A DNA stretch of 32,000 bases, from the NCBI GenBank assembly GCA_025465355.1, contig JAODNN010000049.1, forward strand, positions 54,762-86,761. The letters run 5' to 3'. The DNA is from Blastococcus sp. Lineage in GTDB: Bacteria > Actinomycetota > Actinomycetes > Mycobacteriales > Geodermatophilaceae. Under the pieces are notes generated by a model that made no database searches, was not told where the DNA came from, and saw nothing but the letters and a program-made list of their open reading frames with translations. Position 1 is the stretch's first letter. Each line of letters opens with the position of its first letter. Of the stretch, positions 1 through 8,948 are shown in pieces. The position numbers and the translations under genes were made by a program.

Positions 1-1066
1 CCCCCTCCCCCACCGTCACCACCGGGTCCAGGCCCACCTCCTCGGCGAAGGCGACCCCCTGGTCGATGGTGTTGATGGGGCCGCACGGCACACCGACGGC
101 GATGATGTCGCGGAACCACTCCTGCGTGGTGCGGGTGCGCAACCGGTCCACCAGCAGCGGGCGCAGCTCGTCCCGGTTGGCGGTGCGGTCCTCGTTCCGG
201 GCGAACCGGGGGTCGTCGGCGAGATCCGGCAGCCCGAGCACCTCGACGAGCTTGCGGAACTGCCCGTTGTTCCCGGCGGTGATGATCAGGTCGCCGTCGG
301 CGCACGGGAGCGGCTCGTACGGGAACAGGCTGGGGTGACTGTTGCCCATACGGAACGGCACGACCCCGCCTGCGACGAACGCGCTGGTCTGGTTGACCAG
401 TCCCGACAGCGCCGACGACAGCAGGTTCACCTCCACGTGCTGGCCCTGACCGGTCGCGCGGCGGTGATGGAGCGCGGACAGGATGCCGATGGTCGCGTGG
501 AGTCCGGCCATGACGTCGAAGAGTGCGACGCCGGCCCGGTACGGCTCCCCGTCCGCGTCGCCGGTCAGGCTCATGAACCCCGAGATCGCCTGGACGATGA
601 GGTCGTAGCCGGGCAGCGGCGCACCCTTGGGCCCGGTGCCGAAACCGCTGATCGACGCATAGACGACCGCCGGATTGGTCTCGGCGACGGCGTCGTAGTC
701 GAGGCCGAACCGGGCCAGGCCACCCGGCTTGAAGTTCTCCACGACGATGTCCGCGCGCACGGCGAGCTCACGCGCGGCAGCCAGGTCGTCGGGGTCCTTC
801 AGGTCGAGGGCGATCGAGCGCTTGTTCCGGTTGACGCCCATGTAGTAGGTGGAGACGCCCTCGCGCACCGGCGGCTGCCAGGTGCGGGTGTCGTCGCCGG
901 ACGTGCCCTCCACCTTGACGACCTCAGCACCCAGATCGGCCAGCAGCATGGTCGAGTACGGCCCGGCCAGGATGCGCGAGAAGTCGGCCACCAGAAGCCC
1001 TGTGAGCGGCCCCCTCCGCGGCACCGCGCCCGACGGGACCTGGGGGACGCTTCGTTCTGCGGTCAT
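1..1066 (-). CDS. Family III CoA-transferase (CaiB/BaiF-type); C-terminal end cut by window edge
   Basis: Absent from the ORF track because it runs off the window. Manual minus-strand translation from the ATG at 1066-1064 gives MTAERSVPQVPSGAVPRRGPLTGLLVADFSRILAGPYSTMLLADLGAEVVKVEG...PGYDLIVQAISGFMSLTG...FRMGNSHPSLFPYEP. This matches the family III CoA-transferase N-terminal signature and the catalytic-Asp region. Codon position 3 is almost all G/C. Confidence 0.85.
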   Translation of the reverse strand, partial: MTAERSVPQVPSGAVPRRGPLTGLLVADFSRILAGPYSTMLLADLGAEVVKVEGTSGDDTRTWQPPVREGVSTYYMGVNRNKRSIALDLKDPDDLAAARELAVRADIVVENFKPGGLARFGLDYDAVAETNPAVVYASISGFGTGPKGAPLPGYDLIVQAISGFMSLTGDADGEPYRAGVALFDVMAGLHATIGILSALHHRRATGQGQHVEVNLLSSALSGLVNQTSAFVAGGVVPFRMGNSHPSLFPYEPLPCADGDLIITAGNNGQFRKLVEVLGLPDLADDPRFARNEDRTANRDELRPLLVDRLRTRTTQEWFRDIIAVGVPCGPINTIDQGVAFAEEVGLDPVVTVGEG

Positions 1067-1204
1067 TCGCCGATCCTGCACCTCTCGTCGGTCTCGACGA
1101 CACGTCGGGACCGTTTCCGGACGGAAGTCCGCACAGTCTCGTCGGGCAGTTTCAGGTGCACTCCGAGTGATGTCAACCATGCTGCGGCCGCGACTGCAGA
1201 TGCC

Positions 1205-1234
1205 TTGACAGCGCAACCGGGGCAGGGCCAATGT
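1205..1234 (+). promoter_or_regulatory. Candidate sigma70-type promoter for the amidohydrolase gene
   Basis: Perfect TTGACA at 1205-1210, an 18-nt spacer, then CAATGT at 1229-1234, about 70 nt upstream of the ATG at 1308. The -10 element is weak. Confidence 0.2.
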
Positions 1235-1307
1235 GACCCGCGTCGCACCTGCTGTCCGCTCTACGGACGGCGGTCCGGCTCCTGCCGACGATGTCCAGGA
1301 GGACACG

Positions 1308-2783
1308 ATGACCCACCCCGAGCCCACCCCGGTAGCCGGTCGACCGGTGGTTCTGCGTGGCGGCACGGTGCTGACGATGGATGACGCCGGCACCGTGCTG
1401 ACCGACACCGACGTGCTGGTCGTCGACGACCGCATCGCCGCGGTCGGCCCCCGCCTGGAGGTACCGGCAGGCACGCAGGAGATCGATGCCGGCGGGGGGA
1501 TCGTCATGCCCGGCATGATCGATACGCACCGGCACATGTGGCAGACGGTCATGCGCGGATACGGCGCCGACTGGACCCTCACCCAGTACTTCGTCTGGAA
1601 CTACCTCGAGCACGGCAAGAAGTTCCGCCCCGAGGACATCGCCGCCGGAAACCGGCTGTCGGCGATCGAGTCCCTGGATGCCGGGGTGACCACGACTGTC
1701 GACTGGTCGCACAACCTGCAGACGGTCGATCACGCCGAGGCGGCCGTGGACGCCCTGCGCTCGGTTCCCGGCCGGTTCGTGCTCGCCTACGGCAACATCC
1801 AGGCAGCGCCGTGGGAGTGGACCGCCGACCCCGCCGTCCGTTCCTTCCTCGAGCGCCATCGCGACGCCCACGACGACATGCTCCGCCTCCAACTCGCCTT
1901 CGACGTCACCGGTGATCCCGGCTTCCCCGAGAGGGCGGCCTTCGAGGTGGCCCGCGACCTCGGCCTGCCGGTCACGACGCACGCCGGTGTCTGGGGCGCG
2001 ACCAATGACGACGGCATCCGGCTCATGCACGAGCACGACTTCATGACGCCCGAGACGGTGTACGTGCACGCCTCGACGCTCACGGCAGACAGCTACCAGC
2101 GGATCGCCGGGACCGGCGGGTCGATCTCGGTCTCGACCGAGTCGGAGAGCAGCGCCGGGCAGGGACACGCCCCCACCGAGCAGGTCCGCCAGTACGGCAT
2201 CCCGGTGTCGCTGTCGATGGACACCAGCGTCTGGTGGAGCGGCGACCTGTTCTCCGCCATGCGGGCGACGCTCAACGCCGACCGGATGTCCGAGCACATG
2301 GAGGCCCACCTCAAGGGAGACACCGTCACACACCTGCGTCTACGCGCTCAGCACGTGGTCGAGTGGGCCACGCGCGGCGGAGCGCATGCGCTCGGTCGCG
2401 ACGACATCGGCAGCCTGCAGCCGGGCAAGAAGGCCGACGTCGTACTGATCAAGAACGACGCCTCCCCCGTGTCCTTCCCGCTGCTGAACCCGTTCGGGCA
2501 CGTCGCCTTCCAGGCGCAGCGGGGGGACGTGCACACCGTCCTGGTGAACGGCCGCGTGGTCAAGCACGCGGGCAGGCTCGTCGACATCGACCTGGCGCCG
2601 GTGCGCCGGGAGGTCGAGGCGACCGTCGAGCGCCTGATGTCGGAACTCGGCCCGGAGGCATGGGCGAAGGGCATGAACCCGGATCTGCCGTCGACGGAAG
2701 TGCTCGACAATCCCTACCAGTACACCGACTTCAAGTCCGAGGCGACGCACACCGGCGGCGAGGAGCGAGTTCTCGGCCGGTGA
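1308..2783 (+). CDS. Metal-dependent amidohydrolase family protein (chlorohydrolase/deaminase-like)
   Basis: Long ORF (track 1233..2783). The internal ATG at 1308 is preceded by AGGAGG. The N-terminus reads VVLRGGTVLTMDD...GGIVMPGMIDTHRHMWQ, carrying the HxH metal motif of the amidohydrolase superfamily. Confidence 0.85.
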   Translation: MTHPEPTPVAGRPVVLRGGTVLTMDDAGTVLTDTDVLVVDDRIAAVGPRLEVPAGTQEIDAGGGIVMPGMIDTHRHMWQTVMRGYGADWTLTQYFVWNYLEHGKKFRPEDIAAGNRLSAIESLDAGVTTTVDWSHNLQTVDHAEAAVDALRSVPGRFVLAYGNIQAAPWEWTADPAVRSFLERHRDAHDDMLRLQLAFDVTGDPGFPERAAFEVARDLGLPVTTHAGVWGATNDDGIRLMHEHDFMTPETVYVHASTLTADSYQRIAGTGGSISVSTESESSAGQGHAPTEQVRQYGIPVSLSMDTSVWWSGDLFSAMRATLNADRMSEHMEAHLKGDTVTHLRLRAQHVVEWATRGGAHALGRDDIGSLQPGKKADVVLIKNDASPVSFPLLNPFGHVAFQAQRGDVHTVLVNGRVVKHAGRLVDIDLAPVRREVEATVERLMSELGPEAWAKGMNPDLPSTEVLDNPYQYTDFKSEATHTGGEERVLGR

Positions 2784-2827
2784 CCCCACCCGGCCACGCG
2801 CGGCCGGACGACGGAAGGAATCTGCAG

Positions 2828-3688
2828 ATGGCGGGACGCGGCACCGGGCCCGATTTCGTGGAAGCCCTGGCGCGGGGGCTCGACGTGCTCGCGTGCTTCG
2901 ACGCCGACCATCGGCGCATGTCCCTGACCGAGGTCGCCGGCGTCGCCGCCCTTCCCCGGCCCACCGCGCGCCGGCTGCTCCTGACTCTCGAGGAGCTCGG
3001 CTTCGTCCGGTCCGCGGGCGGCGCGTTCGAGTTGACGCCGAAGGTGCTCACCCTGGGCATGGCCTACGTCGGCGCGCTCGGGCTGTGGGACATCGCCCGG
3101 CCGCACCTCGAGGCGCTGGTCGCCCGCACCGGTGAGTCCTCGTCCATGGCCCAGCTCGACGGGTCGGACATCGTCTATGTCGCGCGGGTGTCGGTGCCCA
3201 GGATCATCGCGCTCCGGGTCGACATCGGCACCCGGTTCCCGGCCGTCCAGACGTCACAGGGCAAGGTGCTGCTGGCCGCCCTCTCCCCCGACCAGCTCGA
3301 GGCAACCCTCGCCGAGCCGAGTCGGGCGGGGCTTCCCCCCTACATCGGCCGGTCACCCGACCAGCTCCGGGCCGAGCTCACCGAGATCCGGGCGCGCGGC
3401 TGGGCCCTCGCCGACGAGGAGCTGGCGCCGGGAGTGCGCTCGGTCGCCGCTCCGGTGCGGGACGGGGACGGCGCGGTCCGCGCGGCCATGAATGTCACCG
3501 TGCACGCGGCCGAGACGTCGACCGACCGCCTGGTGCACGACCACCTGCCGCTGCTCCTTTGCACCGCCGGCGACATCAGCGCGGAGTGGGCGCTGTGGCA
3601 GAGCCGCCCGCACGTGGAGGTTGCCCGCCAGGGCGTTCACGGCGGTCCCGCGGCAGCGACGAGCACCGGTGGTTCCCGGCGGACCTAG
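2828..3688 (+). CDS. IclR family transcriptional regulator (PcaR/PobR-like)
   Basis: In the frame of track ORF 2234..3688, with ATG at 2828. MAGRGTGPDFVEALARGLDVLACFD...MSLTEVAGVAALPRPTARRLLLTLEELGFV is a wHTH domain. It is followed by an IclR effector domain (GESSSMAQLDGSDIVYVARV...GWALADEELAPGVRSVAAPV). Confidence 0.9.
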   Translation: MAGRGTGPDFVEALARGLDVLACFDADHRRMSLTEVAGVAALPRPTARRLLLTLEELGFVRSAGGAFELTPKVLTLGMAYVGALGLWDIARPHLEALVARTGESSSMAQLDGSDIVYVARVSVPRIIALRVDIGTRFPAVQTSQGKVLLAALSPDQLEATLAEPSRAGLPPYIGRSPDQLRAELTEIRARGWALADEELAPGVRSVAAPVRDGDGAVRAAMNVTVHAAETSTDRLVHDHLPLLLCTAGDISAEWALWQSRPHVEVARQGVHGGPAAATSTGGSRRT

Positions 3689-3740
3689 CCGTCGGCCGCG
3701 CCGGTGGGCTTCGGCCCGGCGGGTCAGTCCGCGAGGCCCG

Positions 3741-3762
3741 CTATCGGCCTCATGGCCGATAG
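3741..3762. promoter_or_regulatory. Perfect 9-4-9 inverted repeat CTATCGGCC-tcat-GGCCGATAG (operator or IclR-gene terminator hairpin)
   Basis: Read directly from the sequence. It lies 53 nt after the IclR stop and 62 nt before the eRF1-like start. All 9 arm positions pair. Confidence 0.3.
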
Positions 3763-3823
3763 AGCAGGGGCCGTCCAGGTGGGCTAATGGAGGGGTTGCC
3801 GCTCCGGCGTGCAGAGGAGACCC

Positions 3824-5032
3824 ATGATCGCCGTCCAGGACCACCTGAACCACCTGCTCGAGTTCCGCTCGGACGACGTCCCCGTCGTCTCGCTGTACGC
3901 GGTCGTCCCCGTCGATCCGAAGGACCAGGCGGGGCTCCGGTCGCGGGTGAACGGCCTGCTCGACGAGCTCGACCCGCTGGCCGAGGACGAGAGCCTCTCC
4001 CGAGCCGCCCGCCTCTCGATCCGCGACGACATCGAGCGGTTGCGCCGAGCCGTGCTGGAGGAGCACTGGAAGCCCCACGGCATCGGCCTGTTCTCCTGCT
4101 CGGCACGGGACTTCTACGAGGCCGTGGAGCTGCCCAGGGAACCGAGGGATCGGATTCTCGTCGACGCCACCCCGTGGGTACGGCCGATGACGGTGATGCG
4201 GGACAAGGCCTACCGGGCGTGCGTCGTCGTCCTCGACCGCGCGCGGGCGTCCTTCTGGAAGTACGAGAACGACGCACTCGTCGAGAGCAACGAGCTCCAG
4301 GATCGGGCCCTGCGCACCGACGACTTCACCGGCGGACGCTGGGGCGGACGTGAGAACGCCACGCACCACACGGTCGAGAACCTGGCAAAAGAGCATTTCC
4401 GTCGGGTGATCGACCGGCTGGAGCAGCTCTTCTTCCCCGACCTGGACCACGAAGCGCAGTACCAGTCGGTGGTGGAGGGCAAGCCCGCCCCGGAGCCTGC
4501 CTACGACGTCCTGGTGGTCGCGGAACACGGCAACGAGGCGTCCGGCTTCCTCGACGAACTCCCCGACCGGCTGCGTCAGAAACTGGCCGGCACCTTCACC
4601 GATCCCGCGCTGAACGACCGCGGGGCCCTCAAGGCCCGGGCTGACATGGTGCTGGAGCAGTGGGAACGCGACCAGGAGCGGCAGCAGTTCGAGCACGTGC
4701 TGGAAGTGGAGGCGATGGGCGGCTTCGGCGTCACGGGGCTGCGCAAGTGCCTGTGGGCGGCCTCGTCGAAGGCGATCGACACGCTGCTGCTCCAGGAGCA
4801 GGACGAGGCGCCGGGAGTGGTCTGCGACGTGTGCGGCTGGCTCGGCGAGAGCGGTGACACGTGCCCGGTCACGGGCGACTCCCTGCGCCACACCCCCGAC
4901 ATCGTCGACGAGATGGTGCAGAGCGTCCTCCGTGACAGCGGCGACGTGCGCACCCTCGAGGAAAGCGTTGCCGCCGAAGGCCGCACTCCCGCCGCGCACC
5001 TGCGCTTTCCGCTCCCGCCCGAACCGGGCTGA
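3824..5032 (+). CDS. eRF1/Pelota-like protein (bacterial archaeo-eukaryotic release factor, baeRF; Rv2629-like)
   Basis: Track ORF 3809..5032. The ATG at 3824 follows GAGGAG (3814-3819); GTG at 3809 is an alternative start. The central segment FTGGRWGGRENATHHTVENLAKEHFRRVIDRLEQLF lines up with the eRF1 M-domain [33 protein letters not shown]. The C-terminal GFGVTGLRKCLWAASSKAIDTLLLQE resembles eRF1 domain 3 ([20 protein letters not shown]). Confidence 0.7.
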   Translation: MIAVQDHLNHLLEFRSDDVPVVSLYAVVPVDPKDQAGLRSRVNGLLDELDPLAEDESLSRAARLSIRDDIERLRRAVLEEHWKPHGIGLFSCSARDFYEAVELPREPRDRILVDATPWVRPMTVMRDKAYRACVVVLDRARASFWKYENDALVESNELQDRALRTDDFTGGRWGGRENATHHTVENLAKEHFRRVIDRLEQLFFPDLDHEAQYQSVVEGKPAPEPAYDVLVVAEHGNEASGFLDELPDRLRQKLAGTFTDPALNDRGALKARADMVLEQWERDQERQQFEHVLEVEAMGGFGVTGLRKCLWAASSKAIDTLLLQEQDEAPGVVCDVCGWLGESGDTCPVTGDSLRHTPDIVDEMVQSVLRDSGDVRTLEESVAAEGRTPAAHLRFPLPPEPG

Positions 5033-5061
5033 GCCGGACGGTTTCCCCGCGGCGCCCCGTG

Positions 5062-5490
5062 TCAGCGGCGGCGCAGGGCCAGCACCGGGATCGTGCGGAT
5101 GCCGGCCGTCTTCACCTCGTAGTCGGCGAAACCCGGGTTGCGACGGGCCTGCTCGGCGTAGATCCGATCCCGCTCCGCGCCGGTCAGCTCGGTGACCGTC
5201 ACCGGGTACGTCTCGGTGCCGATCTCGACGTCGGCGACGCCGGCCGCCGTGAGGTTGTAGTACCAGTCCGGGTTCGTCGGCGCGCCTCCCTTGGAGGCGA
5301 AGACGTAGATCGTGGCGGGATCGTCGGCGTCCGGCAGGTACATCATCGGGTTCACGAGGTCGCGGCCGCTCCGGCGGCCACGGTGGTGGACCAGCGTCAT
5401 CGGGGCACCGTCGAACGGGCCCCCGACCCTTCCCTCGTTGGCCCGGAACTCCGCCACGATCCTGCCGTTGAAATCGGGTTCCTCGGTCAT
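5062..5490 (-). CDS. Nitroreductase-family deazaflavin (F420)-dependent oxidoreductase, DDN/Rv3547-like
   Basis: Track ORF 5062..5571. The internal ATG at 5490 is preceded by GGGAGGAG. FNGRIVAEFRANEGRVGGPFDGAPMTLVHHRGRRSGR...FASKGGAPTNPDWYYNL...RTIPVLALRR matches the DDN family pattern. Confidence 0.85.
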   Translation of the reverse strand: MTEEPDFNGRIVAEFRANEGRVGGPFDGAPMTLVHHRGRRSGRDLVNPMMYLPDADDPATIYVFASKGGAPTNPDWYYNLTAAGVADVEIGTETYPVTVTELTGAERDRIYAEQARRNPGFADYEVKTAGIRTIPVLALRRR

Positions 5491-5692
5491 GTCGATCTCC
5501 TCCCGCGCGTAGGGCCCGTGCGGATGCGAACGCTCCGGCGTCCCAGTCCCTTCCACCACGACCACGCGCATGACCCTCGATGGTCCGGGGTAGGCGCTCC
5601 ACGTCCTCGTACCCGTTGACAGGAGCGCCGTCCGTCAACCGGCGGCCCCTGGCTGATCAGCGGACCCGACCGGCCGAACCGGAGGCACCACG

Positions 5693-6067
5693 GTGGACGA
5701 GAAGACCTTCATTGCGTCCGTTGCCGAGCGCGCCGGCCTGTCCAAGGAGGAAGCCGCGGACCTGACCCGCGCCACCCTGGAAGCGATCGCGGGACAGATC
5801 AGCGGCGGGGAGATCGAGAAGCTCGCCGCCGCGCTGCCGGACTGGCTCGTCCCCAACCTCCCCCGTCACAACCGGTCGGCCCACCCCATCGCGGTCAGCC
5901 AGTTCATCCGCCAGATCAGCCACCGCACCGGGCTGAACGAACAGGAGACCCGGCGCGGCGTGGCCGCGGTTCTGGCCGTCCTGAACGAGGCGGTCGACCG
6001 CACCCATCTGGAGCATGCGCTCGCCCTGCTCCCGAAGGACTATCGCGAACTCGAGACGGCGGCATAG
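5693..6067 (+). CDS. DUF2267 domain protein
   Basis: GTG start at 5693 with GGAGG 7 nt upstream. It contains two tandem DUF2267-type repeats (FIASVAERAGLSKEEAADLTRATLEAIAGQISGGEIEKLAAALP and FIRQISHRTGLNEQETRRGVAAVLAVLNEAV...LLP). Confidence 0.75.
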   Translation: MDEKTFIASVAERAGLSKEEAADLTRATLEAIAGQISGGEIEKLAAALPDWLVPNLPRHNRSAHPIAVSQFIRQISHRTGLNEQETRRGVAAVLAVLNEAVDRTHLEHALALLPKDYRELETAA

Positions 6068-6089
6068 CACTGGACCTGGCGGCGTAGCC

Positions 6090-7043
6090 CTAGACCTGGG
6101 TGAGGCCGCGCAGCGGCCCCCGGTACGGAAAGGCCGGTACGCCCCGGACGTCGTCGAGGCGAGTGCTGAACAGCCGGCCGGCGTCCGGCTGAGCCGCCCG
6201 CTCCCGGTCCGGCAGTCCCTCGGTGGATGTGCTGACGACGAGGATGTCCAGCGAGGGGCCGGCGAAGGCGCAACTGGACGTCTGGCTCGCCCACACGTCC
6301 ACGACCTCCTCCAGCGCACCCGCGGAGCTGTACCGGCGCACCTCCCCCGCGCCCCACATCGCGATCCAGAGGTGGCCCAGCCGGTCCACCGTGAGACCGT
6401 CGGGCGTGCCCGGCTCGTCGTCGTCGAACCGGAGCAGCACCCGCGACTCACCGAGCGTCCCCAGGTCGACGTCGTAGTCGAAGGCGGTCACCGTGCGGGT
6501 GCCGGAGTCGGCGAGATAGAGAACGTCGTCGTCCGGCGACCAGCCGATCCCGTTGGAGATCGTCAACCCGCTGAGTGCCGTGCTGACGGTCCCGTCCAGG
6601 TCGACGCGGTAGAGGGAGCCCACCCCCGGCTCCTCGTGCAGGCCCATCGTGCCGGCGAAGAACCGGCCGGCCCGGTCGCAGGCGGCGTCGTTCATCCGCG
6701 TCCGCCCGCCGCCCTCACCGTCGAGGTCCAGGAGGACGCTGACCGTCCCGTCCGGGGCGAGGTGGCGGAACCCACCGGCGGCGGCCAGCAGCCAGCCCGG
6801 GCTCGTGGTGGGGGTGACGGCACCGACCGGTTCGCCGACCGGCCGCATCGCCACGTCGCGCACGCCGCCGTTCGGGTCGACCCGGCCCCAGCGGACCTCA
6901 CCCGCGGCGATGTCGACCCAGATCAGGTCACCGTCCTTCTCGTCCCAGACCGGCCCCTCCCCGTGCCGGGCGGGGCGGACGGAGGTGGGCCGAGCAAGGA
7001 GTCGCTCCACAGGCCGTGTGTGCCCACAAGCCCGGACGCTCAC
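6090..7043 (-). CDS. SMP-30/gluconolactonase/LRE (regucalcin) family beta-propeller protein
   Basis: HGEGPVWDEKDGDLIWVDIAAGEV...NDAACDRAGRFFAGTM...SNGIGWSPDDDVLYLADS...PDGLTVDRLGHLWIAMWGAGEV are typical SMP-30 blades. The start is uncertain: GTG at 7043 or GTG at 7010, neither with a clear SD. Confidence 0.8.
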   Translation of the reverse strand: MSVRACGHTRPVERLLARPTSVRPARHGEGPVWDEKDGDLIWVDIAAGEVRWGRVDPNGGVRDVAMRPVGEPVGAVTPTTSPGWLLAAAGGFRHLAPDGTVSVLLDLDGEGGGRTRMNDAACDRAGRFFAGTMGLHEEPGVGSLYRVDLDGTVSTALSGLTISNGIGWSPDDDVLYLADSGTRTVTAFDYDVDLGTLGESRVLLRFDDDEPGTPDGLTVDRLGHLWIAMWGAGEVRRYSSAGALEEVVDVWASQTSSCAFAGPSLDILVVSTSTEGLPDRERAAQPDAGRLFSTRLDDVRGVPAFPYRGPLRGLTQV

Positions 7044-7083
7044 ACGGGTTGTGCTGCGGTCGCTGCCGGCCGGCCGTGGCCGT

Positions 7084-7833
7084 TCAGGAGCTCAGTGCGC
7101 CGAGCGCGGCCAGCAGCTCGGGCCAGACGCGGCTGCGCGGATCGATGAGCGCGTAATGGCCCGCGCCGACGCGAGCCAGCTCCGCGCGGGGGTGCCGGGC
7201 GCGGTAGGACTCCGAGACGCTCAGCGGTACGACCGCGTCGTCCAGGCCGTGGAGAAGCTGGATCCGGCCGGCCGGGGTGGGCATCCGGACCGGGTCCAGA
7301 TCCGCCCGCTCGGCGGCGGGTCCGCCCAGGAAGGCCCGCACGGCATCTCCGTCGAGCGCCAAGGCCTCGCTCAGTCGCAGGTCGGCCACGGGAGCGAGGG
7401 CGAGAACGCCCCCGAGCTGATCGCCGCCGCCGGCCGCGGCCAGCAGCGCGAGATGCCCGCCGGCAGAGTGCCCCACCAGGACGACCCGACCGTCGGAGTG
7501 GCCCGCCAGCGCCGGGTTCCCCGGCAAGGAATGCACGGCCGCGTGGACGTCGGCCACCGCGGCGTCGGGATCACCGGGGATCCGCCGGTACTCCGGCACG
7601 ATGCTCGACCACCCGGCATCCGCCAGCGCCACCGCCATGGGCTGCACGTGCGACCGGTCGAACTCCGGCCGCCAGAAGCCACCGTGCACGATCACGAGCA
7701 GCGGCCGCCGCGCCGCCGCGGGCCCTCCGGAACGGACGTCGGCCACGCTCCCGGCGGGCGGGCCGTACGAGAGGACGGCGTCCGGCGGCGGCGCCGGCAA
7801 CGTCAGGATCGACCGGTTCTCGTCAGTGCCCAC
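7084..7833 (-). CDS. Alpha/beta hydrolase (esterase/arylformamidase-like)
   Basis: Oxyanion motif VHGGFW and nucleophile elbow GHSAGGHL, with C-terminal LLHGLDDAVVP...GAGHY. The ORF is open to 8001, but that extension overlaps the converging upstream gene. GTG at 7833 is chosen and the start remains uncertain. Confidence 0.75.
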   Translation of the reverse strand: MGTDENRSILTLPAPPPDAVLSYGPPAGSVADVRSGGPAAARRPLLVIVHGGFWRPEFDRSHVQPMAVALADAGWSSIVPEYRRIPGDPDAAVADVHAAVHSLPGNPALAGHSDGRVVLVGHSAGGHLALLAAAGGGDQLGGVLALAPVADLRLSEALALDGDAVRAFLGGPAAERADLDPVRMPTPAGRIQLLHGLDDAVVPLSVSESYRARHPRAELARVGAGHYALIDPRSRVWPELLAALGALSS

Positions 7834-7912
7834 GCCCGAAGCCTGCCGCAGTGGCACGACCGGGCCTGTCACCCGGCCGCGGAGCCCGGATGGTGCGGCT
7901 ACCTGCCGAGCG

Positions 7913-8770
7913 CTACACGAACAACGGCGCGGCGTCGACCCGTGCGGCGAGTTCGTCCATCTGCGCGCCGGAGGGCCGTTGCTCGAAGCGCTCCGCGGCA
8001 TCGAGCAGGCGCGGCAGGATCTCGACGTCCCCGGTGGTGAGCAGGAACGCCTCCGGGCGGCCGAGCACCCAGTGCACCGCCAGGTCGATGTCCGCCTGCT
8101 CGCGCAGGGGCTCGTACCAGGTCGAGGCCGTGGCGGCGCGCCCGTCCCAGCGACGCCGCGCGAGGCTCTTGATCGTCTGGAGGGCGATGGTGCGGTCGGC
8201 GCAGACGGCGGCCAGCGCCTCGAACGTCCCGGCGTAGCGCTCGTCCTGCATCTGGACGTAGTTGTACGGCGCGAGCACCGAGTCGAAGGCGAAGCGTTCC
8301 AGGCTGCGCCGATGCATCTCGGGCACCGACAGACCGTGTCCGGTGACGCCGATGAAGCGGACGAGGCCCTCTTCGCGGGCCTCGATCGCCGCCTCGAGGG
8401 CGCCGCCCGAGCTCAGTGCGGTGTCCCACTCGATCACGTCGACGAGATTGTGCAGCTGGATCGAGTCGACGTGGTCGACGCCCAGGCGGTCCAGCGAGCG
8501 CCGGATCTCCTCCCGCGCGCCGCGGTAGGTCCGCTCCCCGGTCTTGGTGGCGAGGAAGAACGTCCCGGGGTGGCGGCGGAGCCAAGGTGCGATCCGCAGC
8601 TCGGCGTCGCCGTAGCCGGCGGCGACGTCGATGTGGTTGATGCCGTGCTCCAGCAGCACCTCGAGCGCACGGTCGGCCTCACCCTTGGAGACACTGCCCA
8701 GGGCCCCGGCCCCGAAGATGACGCGGCTGGAGTCGTGACCGGTGGCACCGAACGGCGCGCGTGGGATCAC
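7913..8770 (-). CDS. Aldo/keto reductase family oxidoreductase
   Basis: Track ORF 7913..8833. GTG at 8770 is preceded by [26 protein letters not shown]...[15 protein letters not shown]...[10 protein letters not shown]...VRFIGVTGH is an AKR pattern. Confidence 0.8.
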   Translation of the reverse strand: MIPRAPFGATGHDSSRVIFGAGALGSVSKGEADRALEVLLEHGINHIDVAAGYGDAELRIAPWLRRHPGTFFLATKTGERTYRGAREEIRRSLDRLGVDHVDSIQLHNLVDVIEWDTALSSGGALEAAIEAREEGLVRFIGVTGHGLSVPEMHRRSLERFAFDSVLAPYNYVQMQDERYAGTFEALAAVCADRTIALQTIKSLARRRWDGRAATASTWYEPLREQADIDLAVHWVLGRPEAFLLTTGDVEILPRLLDAAERFEQRPSGAQMDELAARVDAAPLFV

Positions 8771-8948
8771 TGTCGTCCTCCTTCGTCGGATCGAACGGAC
8801 CGTCCGATCATCGACCCGATCCGGCCACGGCACCGCTCAGACGGAGCACGCATCCACGAGGCCGACGCCACTCGGTCCAGTTCCAGGGCAGGCATGACGT
8901 CCGGTCGCTCACGCACGAGCGGGCTGCTCTCGGAGGGGCCTGAGACGT

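Noticed and set aside
335-1384. 349-aa plus-strand ORF at the window start
   Set aside because: It is antisense to the clearly recognisable family III CoA-transferase on the minus strand. Its downstream part crosses the intergenic region into the amidohydrolase leader.
3353-5638. 761-aa minus-strand ORF spanning the eRF1-like and DDN gene regions
   Set aside because: It is antisense or out of frame relative to two genes with clear family matches. Its Arg/Gly/Pro/Asp-dominated translation is typical of stop-poor non-coding frames in very GC-rich DNA. There is no recognisable domain or SD.
5615-5639. GTTGAC-13 nt-GTCAAC inverted repeat containing a TTGACA in the DDN/DUF2267 divergent region
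   Set aside because: No acceptable -10 hexamer lies at 16-19 nt on either strand, and the arms are only 6 bp. This is insufficient to call a promoter or operator.
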